Shown here one piece after another: positions 1 through 9,092 of a DNA stretch of 32,000 nt. Numbering within the stretch: the stretch's first letter is position 1; the number at the start of each line of letters is the position of its first letter. A program made the position numbers and the translations under genes. Source of the stretch: Pseudidiomarina andamanensis (GTDB lineage Bacteria > Pseudomonadota > Gammaproteobacteria > Enterobacterales > Alteromonadaceae); assembly GCF_009734345.1 (NCBI RefSeq), contig NZ_CP032551.1, positions 2,190,001-2,222,000 of the forward strand, read 5' to 3'. Below the pieces are notes generated by a model. The model saw only the letters and a program-made list of their open reading frames with translations, did no database searches and was not told the DNA's origin.

Positions 1-3000
1 TTGCGTTGGATGAATCAACAACAACGTCACCAAGGTGTAGGTAAACTAGCTTTTTCCGAAGTGTCGGACAATACCCTCGATATTATTATCGATGTGCAAG
101 GTTCTGATAAACGATCTCTTAGCGGACAGGTTTATGTTGCCGCTTCAAAGCTCGATATTACGCCGTGGGTTCAGCAACAAATTATCGACACTGAAATTAA
201 GACAGCACAGTTCAATTACAACTTATGGCTGAACTTCAAACAAAATCAGTTCACCGACGGCTTGCTGCAATTGGGTGAGCAGGCGTTGGTATGGGAAGTA
301 AATGAACAACGCCATCAATTACGAATACCTCAGGGAGAATTAAAATTAAGACCCTATCAAGATGGTTGGCGCGTCAACTCTAACCCATTAACCATTGAAC
401 ATAATCAGCGTAGTTGGACTTTACCGACTTTTAGTTGGGAGCAGACGCCAACATCGACGGCGGTAAGCGCAGATGACTTACCATTAGCGCCAATGCTGGA
501 ATTGCTGAATCTTTTTGGTAGCCAAGGAGTTCAGGTCAGTGAGCAGTTGGCTGAGCGAAATACTCAAGGTTTAATTGATGTTGTTTACGAAAGTAACCTT
601 GACGCTGGTGCTCGTTGGTTTGCGCAAGGTGAAGCGTTAAGTTGGGGACAGTTTGGTGGTGTTCCGGGTCTTAGTAACGTCAATTTGCGAGTCAGTGGAA
701 TTGATAACCAGCTGAATTGGCAGCTCGATGGCACGGATGCAACTTTTATCAGCCGGGCTTTAGATTACGATGACCCATGGCCGCTTCCGAGAGTTGATCT
801 TTCGGGAGAGTTCCGGTGGCAGAGCGATGGTCAATGGACCTTACGTGTCGCACCGCAGAGTGAACTGCATCTTGAAGGATTGCAAATTGGGCTGACCGCA
901 ACGATCACGCCTTCAGAGAACTCGGTTTACGTTAACGCTCGAGCTCAAAGCCTAAACTCAGAACCGATTGATGCGGAAGTACTTAGACGCCATTTACCTG
1001 TGGTTATGGGAGATAATCTTCACGATTATTTACTGGTCGCAATTCAAGATGGCCAAGCGCAAGATTTAGCGATGGTTTGGCGGGGTAACGTAGACCAATT
1101 TCCATATCATGACAACCAAGGGTTGTTCGAAGCACGAACGCGCATTAAGAGTTTAAATTATAAATTTCAGCCGAACTGGCGACCGATTTTCGATGCGACA
1201 GCAGTGGTTAATTTCCGTAATGAACGAATGCACATCACTGCTGAAGACGGACTTCTTGGAAATGTCGAGGTAGTGCGCGCAGATGTTGTTCTACCAGACC
1301 TTCTTGGTGGCGCAGATGCATTTCTAGATATATCAGCTAAAGTTTCCGGCAACGCCAATGAATTAAAACCGATTTTTGATGATAGTCCCTTAGCTAAAAG
1401 CTTAGGTGCGACGTTTGCTGAAATTCAACTAAGTGGACCGATCTCGAGTGACCTTCAGCTAACCATTCCATTGGGGGCATCAGCTGAAGTTGTGGCCGAG
1501 GGCCATGCTGAGCTTAACGATATTGATATGTATGTGCGCAGCCTCAAAGAGACCTTCCGAAATGTTAGCGGCCGCGTGAATTTTCGTAATGATGTCATCA
1601 CTGCACCTGAGTTATTGATGACATGGCGGGGGTTTCCAGTACAAGCGGCTTTAGATAGTCGTCAACGTGAAGAAGATTATTTCGTAGAAGTTGCGGCGTC
1701 TGGTGAATGGCGTCTTGATGAATTTGCGCCGCTTACCAATGGTGATATGCCGTGGCAAGCGGACTTTAATTTGAGTTTACCGCAACAGGGTGGCTATTCA
1801 TTTCGCTGGCAGCAAACAGCTGACTTGAAGGCGGTTGCCATGAATCTTCCTCCACCATTGACTAAAGTCGCAGAGCAGGAAGAACTATTGGAGCTTATTG
1901 TATCGGGAAGCCGCGATAGTATTCTGGTGAATGCCGAACTTGGCGATAGAGCCATGCTGGAACTTCAGTTTGATGGCACTGCTGAAGTGCTGCAATCGGG
2001 ATATGCTCGCATTGGCGAAGTGATGTCGCAAGCGCCGAACCCAAATGTGTTGCGATTGAATCCGACGTTCACGGTGGATGCCAATTTACCTGCGAGTGAT
2101 ATTGCGACGTGGCTAGATAGTTATCGTTATTTACAGGAATTTCTTCCAGAGGGCTCTGGTGATAGTCAACTGGCGCGATTATTACGGCCTGACTACATAC
2201 AAATAGTAAGCCCGCGAATTTCCTACGCTGACATGGCCTTTGACGATGTTTCAATTGTCGCATGGCCAGAGCAATCGAGTTGGTTGGCACGATTAAACTC
2301 TAAACAAGTCATTACCGCTGTTGAGTGGCGGCCGAGCAAAGCAACAGAAAAAGGTGAAGGCGATCAGTTATATTTCAACGCGGAATTTATTGAATTAGCA
2401 GCGTCATCCGTTGAGTCAGTTGATTCCGACGAAAACGTATTGAGTCAAAGTTCGGCGCCAACAAGTTTTGCCAATATGCCGGAGATTTTTCTGCAGTGTA
2501 AACGCTGCCGCTATGGCGTATATGACCTGGGCGAAGTGAGTCTTCACCTGCGTGGCGAAGATAAGCAGCTCGAACTTGTCGAATTTTCTGCAAAGCATCG
2601 CAATCACACGCTGAATGCGCAAGGAGCTTGGGCACTAGAGACGGCGACACAACATCCGCAGACGCGAATTGTTGGTGAATTTAGTTCGCCCGACTTCGGT
2701 GAATTCTTAGAGAATTATGAGTTCACGTCAATGGTTCGCGATAGCAATGCAACCATTGCATTTGATTTAAGTTATTTAGGTTCGCCGCGGGAGTTTGAGG
2801 CTGAATCGCTTAATGGCACCGTCAATTGGGAGCTCGGTCAAGGTTATTTAAACGAGGTGAGTGATCGAGGTGCTCGACTATTTTCGTTATTGAGTTTAGA
2901 TAGCATTTTGCGAAAGCTCCGCTTCGATTTCCGTGATGTGTTCGCCAATGGGTTATTCTATACCAACTTTAGCGGTGACTTTAACATCGTCAATGGCATT

Positions 3001-3411
3001 GTGACCACCAATAACACCCAGCTTAATGGTGCCGCAGGTGACATGGAGGTTAAAGGCGAGACGAACTTAATGACGCGCACATTAGATTATGATTTACAGT
3101 TTGTACCGAAAGTAACATCAAGTTTACCGGTAATACTTGCATGGATGATTAATCCACCGTCGGGTCTCGCAGCTCTTGTTATCGACCGAATGCTTCATGA
3201 TGCCAAAGTCATCAGTCGCCTCGAATACCGAATTTCTGGCACAATGGACGATCCTAAAATTGAAGAAGTCGCGCGTGATAGTCGCGATGCGCCAATTCCA
3301 CCGGAGGTGCAAAATGAGCCAAATCCAGAACTCAACGAAGAGCCAAGTGCAACTGACGGCGCTACAAATGACCAGCAGCCCGAATCCACAGCAGAACCTA
3401 CAGGAAATTGA
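1..3411 (+). CDS. yhdP: YhdP-like AsmA-family inner-membrane/periplasm-spanning protein (5' partial, N-terminus lies upstream of the window)
   Basis: The ORF is open from base 1 (the TTG there is not a real start) and gives 1136 aa. It has a conserved C-terminal block ...RLEYRISGTMDDPKI followed by a 46-aa acidic/Pro-rich tail. It sits directly upstream of tldD, as yhdP does in other gammaproteobacteria. Confidence 0.8.
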   Translation: MRWMNQQQRHQGVGKLAFSEVSDNTLDIIIDVQGSDKRSLSGQVYVAASKLDITPWVQQQIIDTEIKTAQFNYNLWLNFKQNQFTDGLLQLGEQALVWEVNEQRHQLRIPQGELKLRPYQDGWRVNSNPLTIEHNQRSWTLPTFSWEQTPTSTAVSADDLPLAPMLELLNLFGSQGVQVSEQLAERNTQGLIDVVYESNLDAGARWFAQGEALSWGQFGGVPGLSNVNLRVSGIDNQLNWQLDGTDATFISRALDYDDPWPLPRVDLSGEFRWQSDGQWTLRVAPQSELHLEGLQIGLTATITPSENSVYVNARAQSLNSEPIDAEVLRRHLPVVMGDNLHDYLLVAIQDGQAQDLAMVWRGNVDQFPYHDNQGLFEARTRIKSLNYKFQPNWRPIFDATAVVNFRNERMHITAEDGLLGNVEVVRADVVLPDLLGGADAFLDISAKVSGNANELKPIFDDSPLAKSLGATFAEIQLSGPISSDLQLTIPLGASAEVVAEGHAELNDIDMYVRSLKETFRNVSGRVNFRNDVITAPELLMTWRGFPVQAALDSRQREEDYFVEVAASGEWRLDEFAPLTNGDMPWQADFNLSLPQQGGYSFRWQQTADLKAVAMNLPPPLTKVAEQEELLELIVSGSRDSILVNAELGDRAMLELQFDGTAEVLQSGYARIGEVMSQAPNPNVLRLNPTFTVDANLPASDIATWLDSYRYLQEFLPEGSGDSQLARLLRPDYIQIVSPRISYADMAFDDVSIVAWPEQSSWLARLNSKQVITAVEWRPSKATEKGEGDQLYFNAEFIELAASSVESVDSDENVLSQSSAPTSFANMPEIFLQCKRCRYGVYDLGEVSLHLRGEDKQLELVEFSAKHRNHTLNAQGAWALETATQHPQTRIVGEFSSPDFGEFLENYEFTSMVRDSNATIAFDLSYLGSPREFEAESLNGTVNWELGQGYLNEVSDRGARLFSLLSLDSILRKLRFDFRDVFANGLFYTNFSGDFNIVNGIVTTNNTQLNGAAGDMEVKGETNLMTRTLDYDLQFVPKVTSSLPVILAWMINPPSGLAALVIDRMLHDAKVISRLEYRISGTMDDPKIEEVARDSRDAPIPPEVQNEPNPELNEEPSATDGATNDQQPESTAEPTGN

Positions 3412-4192
3412 GAAACAGCTTAAAGCGTTACCTGATTTTCGCCCACAGCTCGTGGTATTGCCCGAAGCATGTTTGTGCTTTGGTGCTGGCGACAAGCGTC
3501 AACGGGAACTGGCAGAGCTTCCTGGTGATGGCCCCATGCAAGAAGGGCTCGCAGCGTTGGCCAAGCGCTACAACGTTTGGTTAGTTGGCGGTACCATTCC
3601 ATTAATCGACTCTTTGGATGACAATAAATTCAGTGCCGCCAGTCTGGTGTTTAATCCACAAGGTCAATGCGTCGCACGTTACAATAAGATGCATCTGTTT
3701 GATGTCGACGTCGCAGATAACACGAAAAGTTATCGCGAATCTAATTGGACCAACGCCGGCGCTAGCGTAATAGCAGTACCAACTGAGTTCGGCACATTGG
3801 GTTTAGCCGTGTGTTATGATGTGCGCTTTGCTGAGTTATTCCGAGCACTAAGAACAGCTGGCGCCGATATTCTCGTACTGCCGTCAGCATTCACCCAAGT
3901 GACCGGGAGCGCGCATTGGCATGTTTTAACGCGCGCTCGCGCTATTGAACAACAGTGCTTTTTAGTTGCCTCAGCACAAGCAGGAGAACACGAAAACGGC
4001 CGTCAAACTTATGGTCATGCTCTTGTCATTGACGGCTGGGGTCGCATATTAGCAGAAACAGAATCCATGCAACCAAGCATTGCAACCGCCTTGGTTGATA
4101 TCGAAAGCTTAAAAAAGATCCGCCAAGATATCCCCGTAGCGGAACACTTCAAACGTAGTAAAAAGGTTTTACATGCAAGCACAGAACGTTGA
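3314..4192 (+). CDS. Carbon-nitrogen hydrolase (nitrilase superfamily) protein
   Basis: The E-K-C catalytic triad contexts are visible ([25 protein letters not shown]). I chose the ATG at 3314 because GGAGG at 3303-3307 lies 6 nt upstream and the first beta-strand VQLTALQM is retained. The 3176 start in the ORF track is an out-of-frame extension inside yhdP. Confidence 0.85.
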   Translation: MSQIQNSTKSQVQLTALQMTSSPNPQQNLQEIEKQLKALPDFRPQLVVLPEACLCFGAGDKRQRELAELPGDGPMQEGLAALAKRYNVWLVGGTIPLIDSLDDNKFSAASLVFNPQGQCVARYNKMHLFDVDVADNTKSYRESNWTNAGASVIAVPTEFGTLGLAVCYDVRFAELFRALRTAGADILVLPSAFTQVTGSAHWHVLTRARAIEQQCFLVASAQAGEHENGRQTYGHALVIDGWGRILAETESMQPSIATALVDIESLKKIRQDIPVAEHFKRSKKVLHASTER

Positions 4193-5618
4193 GCACAATC
4201 TGCTTCATCAACACGATTTAGATAGCGATAAATTGCAGCAATCGCTCGCGACGCTATACACCGGCGCCATCGATTTCGCCGACATTTATCTGCAAAGCAG
4301 CGTCAATGAATCTTGGGTTCTTGAAGATGGCATTGTGAAAGAAGGTAGCTTCCACATTGAGGCTGGCCTTGGTGTGCGAGCTGTACACGGCGAGAAAACT
4401 GGCTTTGCATATGCTGATGACATATCACCACAAGCACTTCAAAAAGCGGCTGCTGCAGCGCGAGGAATTAGTTTAGCTGGTGACAATAAGCAAGTGAATG
4501 CGTTCTCACGTTCAACGGTTGGCTTGCGTTATCCGGCGGTTAATCCGCTCGCCAGTTTAAATGAGCACGCGAAAATCGATTTGCTACGTGAAATTGATGC
4601 GTACGCCCGTAGCCTAGACCCGCGTGTTGTAGAAGTCATAGCGAGTATCAGTGGTAGTTACGATGAAATTCTTGTCGCCGCAACAGATGGTACGTTTGCA
4701 ACGGATATTCGTCCGTTAGTGCGCGTAAATTGCACCGTGCTTGTTGAGCATAATGGTCGTCGAGAGCGCGGTAGTGCTGGCGGCGGTGCTCGAGTTGATT
4801 ATCATTATTTTACCGCCCCAGTTGACGCCACACCGCGTTGGAAAGCCTATGCTGATGAAGCGGTTCGCCAAGCGCTGGTTAATTTAGAAGCGCGTCCAGC
4901 ACCAGCTGGAACAATGCCTGTGGTATTGGGGGCTGGCTGGCCTGGTGTGTTATTGCATGAAGCGGTTGGACACGGTTTAGAAGGCGACTTCAATCGTAAA
5001 GGGGCTTCTGCCTACGCTGGAAAGATTGGCGAGATGGTCGCATCGGAATTATGCACTATTGTTGATGATGGCACGTTGCAAGATCGTCGTGGTTCATTGG
5101 CAATTGACGATGAAGGCACTGAAGCAGGCTATAACGTATTAATTGAGAAAGGCCGCTTAGTTGGTTACATGCAGGATAAGATGAATGCTCGTCTTATGGG
5201 TGTCAGCCCAACTGGTAATGGGCGTCGCGAAAGCTATGCACACTTGCCGATGCCACGCATGACGAATACGTATATGCTTGCCGGTGAACACGACCCGGAA
5301 GAAATCATTCGCAGTGTGAAACGCGGTATTTATGCACCGCACTTTGCTGGAGGGCAAGTCGATATCACTTCGGGCAAATTTGTCTTTTCAGCATCAGAAG
5401 CTTATTTAATTGAAGACGGTAAAATCACTGCTCCAGTGAAAGGCGCGACGTTGATTGGAAATGGCCCTGATGCGATGCGTCAGGTATCCATGGTCGGGCA
5501 CGATTTAGCGTTAGATCAAGGTGTTGGTGTGTGTGGAAAAGACGGTCAAAGCGTACCTGTTGGCGTTGGCCAACCAACGTTGAAATTAGATGCGATGACC
5601 GTAGGTGGCACCGATTAA
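4173..5618 (+). CDS. tldD: Metalloprotease TldD
   Basis: 481 aa, the same length as E. coli TldD, with the HEAVGHGLE zinc motif. It overlaps the preceding gene by 20 nt. Confidence 0.95.
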   Translation: MQAQNVEHNLLHQHDLDSDKLQQSLATLYTGAIDFADIYLQSSVNESWVLEDGIVKEGSFHIEAGLGVRAVHGEKTGFAYADDISPQALQKAAAAARGISLAGDNKQVNAFSRSTVGLRYPAVNPLASLNEHAKIDLLREIDAYARSLDPRVVEVIASISGSYDEILVAATDGTFATDIRPLVRVNCTVLVEHNGRRERGSAGGGARVDYHYFTAPVDATPRWKAYADEAVRQALVNLEARPAPAGTMPVVLGAGWPGVLLHEAVGHGLEGDFNRKGASAYAGKIGEMVASELCTIVDDGTLQDRRGSLAIDDEGTEAGYNVLIEKGRLVGYMQDKMNARLMGVSPTGNGRRESYAHLPMPRMTNTYMLAGEHDPEEIIRSVKRGIYAPHFAGGQVDITSGKFVFSASEAYLIEDGKITAPVKGATLIGNGPDAMRQVSMVGHDLALDQGVGVCGKDGQSVPVGVGQPTLKLDAMTVGGTD

Positions 5619-6118
5619 ACGGTGGCCACCTCACGTAAGTATTTGAACAGTTCGCGTTTTGCTGCAGGTGGCTTATTTTGTTCAGCTTGCTTGTTCGCTT
5701 GGCGATAGAGCTGACGTAGTTTTTGACGATCGGCTTGCGGGTACGCATCAATGAAATGTTGAATGGCTTCGTCGCCAATGGCCAAAATAGCATCACGGTG
5801 TTTCTCCAGTTGGTGAAACAATGCATTTTGTTCATGGTGTGAATGCTCAAGTTCGGCGAGAGCTTGCTCGATAGGGCCGGTGTCGCGGTGGCGCATCATT
5901 TTACCGATAAGCTGCAACTGACGACGGTAGCCTTCGCGTGTATTACGAATACGTTGCGCAAGATGAATAGCATCGAGTAGCTCTTCATCGAGAGGAATTT
6001 TCGCTAGTTTGCCTTCAGCTAGGCTAACAAGTGTTTCGCCAAGCTGTTGCTGCGCTTCGGCGGCGCGTTTTAATTCAGATTTACTGACGATATCGTCGTC
6101 GTGCTCAAATTCGCTCAT
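5615..6118 (-). CDS. yjgA: Ribosome-associated DUF615 protein YjgA (DarP)
   Basis: 167 aa, highly charged and helical, beginning [18 protein letters not shown].... It is divergent from pmbA as in E. coli, with GAGG 6 nt upstream of the ATG. It converges on tldD with a 4-nt overlap. Confidence 0.85.
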   Translation of the reverse strand: MSEFEHDDDIVSKSELKRAAEAQQQLGETLVSLAEGKLAKIPLDEELLDAIHLAQRIRNTREGYRRQLQLIGKMMRHRDTGPIEQALAELEHSHHEQNALFHQLEKHRDAILAIGDEAIQHFIDAYPQADRQKLRQLYRQANKQAEQNKPPAAKRELFKYLREVATV

Positions 6119-6143
6119 GGGATGCCTCTGTGGTTTCGAGCGA

Positions 6144-6173
6144 ATTGTACCCGAACACAGTACATAAATACAA
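6144..6173 (-). promoter_or_regulatory. Candidate sigma70 promoter for yjgA (TTGTAT-18-TACAAT)
   Basis: On the minus strand the -10 TACAAT lies at 6149-6144 and the -35 TTGTAT at 6173-6168. That would give a short 5' UTR of about 19 nt. The -35 touches the left end of repeat copy 1. Confidence 0.3.
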
Positions 6174-6329
6174 AAGCGTTGTTCGTTATTCGTTATTCGT
6201 TATTCGTGAGTTCATCTCGCTCGAGAGTACGAATACGAATGAGCACACTTTTCGTTGGGCGTGTTTTGGTTTTTCGATTTGTCTTTTTCGAATAACGAAT
6301 AACGAATAACGAATAACAAACAACGCTTT
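6173..6329 (+). repeat. Heptamer-armed palindromic intergenic element, copy 1 (157 bp, most complete copy)
   Basis: The left end is AAAGCGTTGTT followed by (CGTTATT)x3 and CG (6184-6206). The right end is (CGAATAA)x4 (6289-6316) followed by CAAACAACGCTTT. The arms are reverse complements of each other. The T-rich core is shared with the copies at 23213 and 26525. Confidence 0.9.
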
Positions 6330-6351
6330 CAAAGGTTTTAAAGGAGATGTA

Positions 6352-7698
6352 ATGATTCCGGACATGAATGAACTTCAAACAGAACTGCACGACGTGGAGC
6401 AGGCTGTTGCCGACGCAATTAACTACGCCAAGCAACTTGGTGTGAGTGCCGCTGAGTGCGCGATGAGTCGTAGCAGCGGCATCAACGTGGCAACGCGTCT
6501 GGGTGAAGTTGAGACGGTTGAATTCAATCAAGACGGCGCGCTTGGTATTACAGTATTTCGAGGCCAGCAAAAAGGATCATCTTCGACAACCGACTTGACT
6601 GCAAAAGCGATTCGCGCGGCGGTAGAAAAGGCCAATGATATTGCTCGTTATACCTCTGAAGATCCATACGCTGGATTGGCACCGGCTGAATTAATGGCGA
6701 CCTCGATACCTGATTTAGACTTATGTCATCCAGCGGACCAAAGTGCCGAATTTGCCTTAGAGCAAGCGTTAGCGTGTGAACAACATGCGTTACAACTTGA
6801 CCCGCGTATTGTCAATTCAGACGGTGCAGGTTATAGCAGCCATGTTGGCTATCGAGTATACGGAAATAGCCATGGATTTGTGGCCGGCTACTTGCAATCT
6901 CGACATAGTCTAAGCTGTTCGCTTATTGCGAAAAGCGGTGATGCCATGCAACGTGACTATAGTTATACAGTGGCGCGCCATCGTGATGATTTATGGACGC
7001 CTCATCAGGTAGCGGAAGATGCCGTGCAAAGCACGGTGTCGCGTTTAGATGGCCGTAAAATAGCAACGGCAAAAGTGCCCGTGATTTTCCGTGCCGATGT
7101 TGCTAACAGTTTGTTCGGGCATTTGGTGGCAGGTATCAGCGGCGGCAGTCTCTATCGTAAATCGAGCTTCTTGGTCGACCATTTAGGCAAACAAATTCTG
7201 CCAAGTTGGTTAACTGTGCAAGAGCGGCCGCATTTGCGAGGTGCTTTGGCGAGTAGCCCGTTTGATCATGAAGGTTTGGCGACTCATGACCGCGATATTA
7301 TCCAAGAGGGTGTTCTGCAGACCTATCTTTTGACTAGCTATTCTGCGCGAAAACTGGGTATGGAGCCGACCGGACACGCCGGCGGGATTCATACTTGGGA
7401 AGTCAATCATCAGGTTGAGAATTTGGCTGCGCTTTGCAAAAAGATGGGTACCGGCTTATTGGTGACAGAACTGATGGGGCAAGGTGTGAATATCGTCAAC
7501 GGCGATTACTCTCGTGGTGCAGCTGGTTTCTGGGTTGAGAACGGTGAAATCCAATACCCAGTCGAGGAAATAACGATTGCTGGCAATTTAAAAGATATGT
7601 TGGCGAATATTGTTGCGATTGCGGGTGACGTGGACGCACGTCATGGCGTTCGTACAGGTTCGGTTCTACTCGAAGAAATGCGGATTGCTGGGGTTTAA
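6352..7698 (+). CDS. pmbA: Metalloprotease PmbA (TldE)
   Basis: 448 aa, against 450 for E. coli PmbA. AGGAG lies upstream of the ATG. It is the TldD paralogue partner and is divergent from yjgA. Confidence 0.95.
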   Translation: MIPDMNELQTELHDVEQAVADAINYAKQLGVSAAECAMSRSSGINVATRLGEVETVEFNQDGALGITVFRGQQKGSSSTTDLTAKAIRAAVEKANDIARYTSEDPYAGLAPAELMATSIPDLDLCHPADQSAEFALEQALACEQHALQLDPRIVNSDGAGYSSHVGYRVYGNSHGFVAGYLQSRHSLSCSLIAKSGDAMQRDYSYTVARHRDDLWTPHQVAEDAVQSTVSRLDGRKIATAKVPVIFRADVANSLFGHLVAGISGGSLYRKSSFLVDHLGKQILPSWLTVQERPHLRGALASSPFDHEGLATHDRDIIQEGVLQTYLLTSYSARKLGMEPTGHAGGIHTWEVNHQVENLAALCKKMGTGLLVTELMGQGVNIVNGDYSRGAAGFWVENGEIQYPVEEITIAGNLKDMLANIVAIAGDVDARHGVRTGSVLLEEMRIAGV

Positions 7699-9056
7699 CC
7701 CAGCAATAACGTTGCTGTGCCAAGGAAGGCAAAGATACCAACCACGTCAGTGACAGTAGTTAGAATGACACCACCGGCTAATGCAGGATCGATATCAAAC
7801 TTCTTCAAAACAAGCGGAACCGTCACCCCAGCCAAACCCGCTGCGAGTAAGTTGGCCATCATGGCGAAAGCAATAATTCCGCCGATCACTAAATCTTGTT
7901 TCCATAGTGCAACGACTCCGGCAATGAGAATTGCCCAAATTACCCCGTTTAGTGCACCAATGGCGAGTTCTTTTCCAATCAACCAACGTTGGTTGCTTTG
8001 GCCAATGTGACCCAATGCCATGCCGCGAATGACCAAGGTTAGCGTTTGCGAGCCAGCGATACCGCCCATACTCGGGACAATTGTGTTGAGAATGGCTAAG
8101 ATCGCCATTTGCGCCAAAATATCTTCAAACATCGAGCTAACGGCGGCGGCTAGCAATGCGGTTATCAGGTTAACACCTAACCAGATACTGCGACGACGCG
8201 TACTCTTTAGAACCGGTGCGAAGGTATCTTCGTCGTCATCTAAACCAGCCATACTCAACATGGAGTGCTGCGCATCTTCACGAATGATGTCGACCACGTC
8301 ATCGATGGTGATACGACCAAGTAGACGATTTTCATCATCAACTACTGGTGCCGAGATCCAGTCTTGACGTTCGAACAGCTTCGCGACTTCGGTTTCGTCC
8401 ATATCGACAGGAATACCCTGAATATCCTGATCCATGACATCGCTTACGAGCTTTGTTGGATCAACAGTCAGCAGGCGGGTAATTCCAATCTCACCAATAA
8501 ATTTGTCGTCACGGTCGACCACATAAAGTTTATCAGTGGCTTCTGGCAATTCACCTTTCAAGCGCAAGTAACGCAATACCACATCTATGGTGACGTCTGG
8601 GCGCAAGGTGATGGTGTCGGTGTTCATCATGCCGCCGGCGGTTTCGTCGGCATATGACAAGGCTTGTTCTGCACGATGACGATCTTGCTCGTCCATCGAT
8701 TTTAGAACTTCTTGATAAATTTGCTCCGGAAGACCACGTAGAACGTAAGCAAGGTCATCGGTGTCCATGCCTTCGGTGGCAGCCGCCAGTTTCTCGGGCG
8801 CCATTTGCCGAATAACGGACTTCTGAACTTCTTCGGAAAGCTCTTCAAGAATATCACCATGCTCGTCAGCATCGACGAGCTGCCAAATGATGGCACGAGC
8901 TTTCGGAGGAGATGATTCGAGTAAGAGGGCTACGTCCCAGGCTGGGAGGTTATGTAGTTGGCGCCGCGCTTGCACGTACATGCCACGAGCTAACGATTCA
9001 GAAACTTCCTGAATACGTTGTTCGGCAAATTCTTTGTCGGCAACTTCAGCTAGCAT
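7695..9056 (-). CDS. mgtE: Magnesium transporter MgtE
   Basis: 453 aa with an MgtE N-domain, tandem CBS region and a C-terminal 5-TM domain (...GIAGSQTLTLVIRGMALG...). GAGGG lies 8 nt upstream of the ATG. Confidence 0.93.
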   Translation of the reverse strand: MLAEVADKEFAEQRIQEVSESLARGMYVQARRQLHNLPAWDVALLLESSPPKARAIIWQLVDADEHGDILEELSEEVQKSVIRQMAPEKLAAATEGMDTDDLAYVLRGLPEQIYQEVLKSMDEQDRHRAEQALSYADETAGGMMNTDTITLRPDVTIDVVLRYLRLKGELPEATDKLYVVDRDDKFIGEIGITRLLTVDPTKLVSDVMDQDIQGIPVDMDETEVAKLFERQDWISAPVVDDENRLLGRITIDDVVDIIREDAQHSMLSMAGLDDDEDTFAPVLKSTRRRSIWLGVNLITALLAAAVSSMFEDILAQMAILAILNTIVPSMGGIAGSQTLTLVIRGMALGHIGQSNQRWLIGKELAIGALNGVIWAILIAGVVALWKQDLVIGGIIAFAMMANLLAAGLAGVTVPLVLKKFDIDPALAGGVILTTVTDVVGIFAFLGTATLLLG

Positions 9057-9092
9057 ACAATAAACCCTCAGTAATATGAGAAGTTTACCGCA

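Noticed and set aside
3176-3313. The ORF track extends the N-terminus of the C-N hydrolase ORF by 46 codons.
   Set aside because: The extension lies wholly inside the yhdP coding frame and has no RBS. The conserved nitrilase fold begins after the ATG at 3314, which does have GGAGG upstream.
6206-6295. There is a 29-codon GTG-initiated ORF inside repeat copy 1 (VSSSRSRVRIRMSTLFVGRVLVFRFVFFE). An equal-length counterpart lies in copy 3 (26559-26648, VGLARPIAQFTTRSLFVVVILVFRFCFSE). Together they hint at a small hydrophobic, type I toxin-like peptide.
   Set aside because: Only heptamer repeats lie upstream, so there is no Shine-Dalgarno. Copy 2 has TAG as its third codon and a 1-nt length difference that breaks the frame. 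Substitutions between copies 1 and 3 fall mostly at codon positions 1 and 2 rather than at synonymous sites. T-rich DNA also yields F/L/V-rich translations in any case. Ribo-seq could reopen the question.
6184-6316. I considered whether the heptamer arrays could be a CRISPR array, iterons, or an integron attC site.
   Set aside because: The units are 7 nt, directly tandem and have no spacers, so this is not a CRISPR array. GTTATTC does not fit the attC core GTTRRRY. The window contains no cas, intI or rep genes.
7717-8657. The ORF track lists many 60-140 aa ORFs antisense to or overlapping real genes. Examples are 7717-8010, 8020-8367 and 8364-8657 in mgtE, 15110-15484 in kdsD, 21914-23128 in degQ, and 5425-5850 and 27790-28224.
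   Set aside because: These are shadow ORFs on the strand opposite strongly supported conserved genes. They have low-complexity or Ser/Arg/Pro-rich translations, no RBS and no recognisable motifs.
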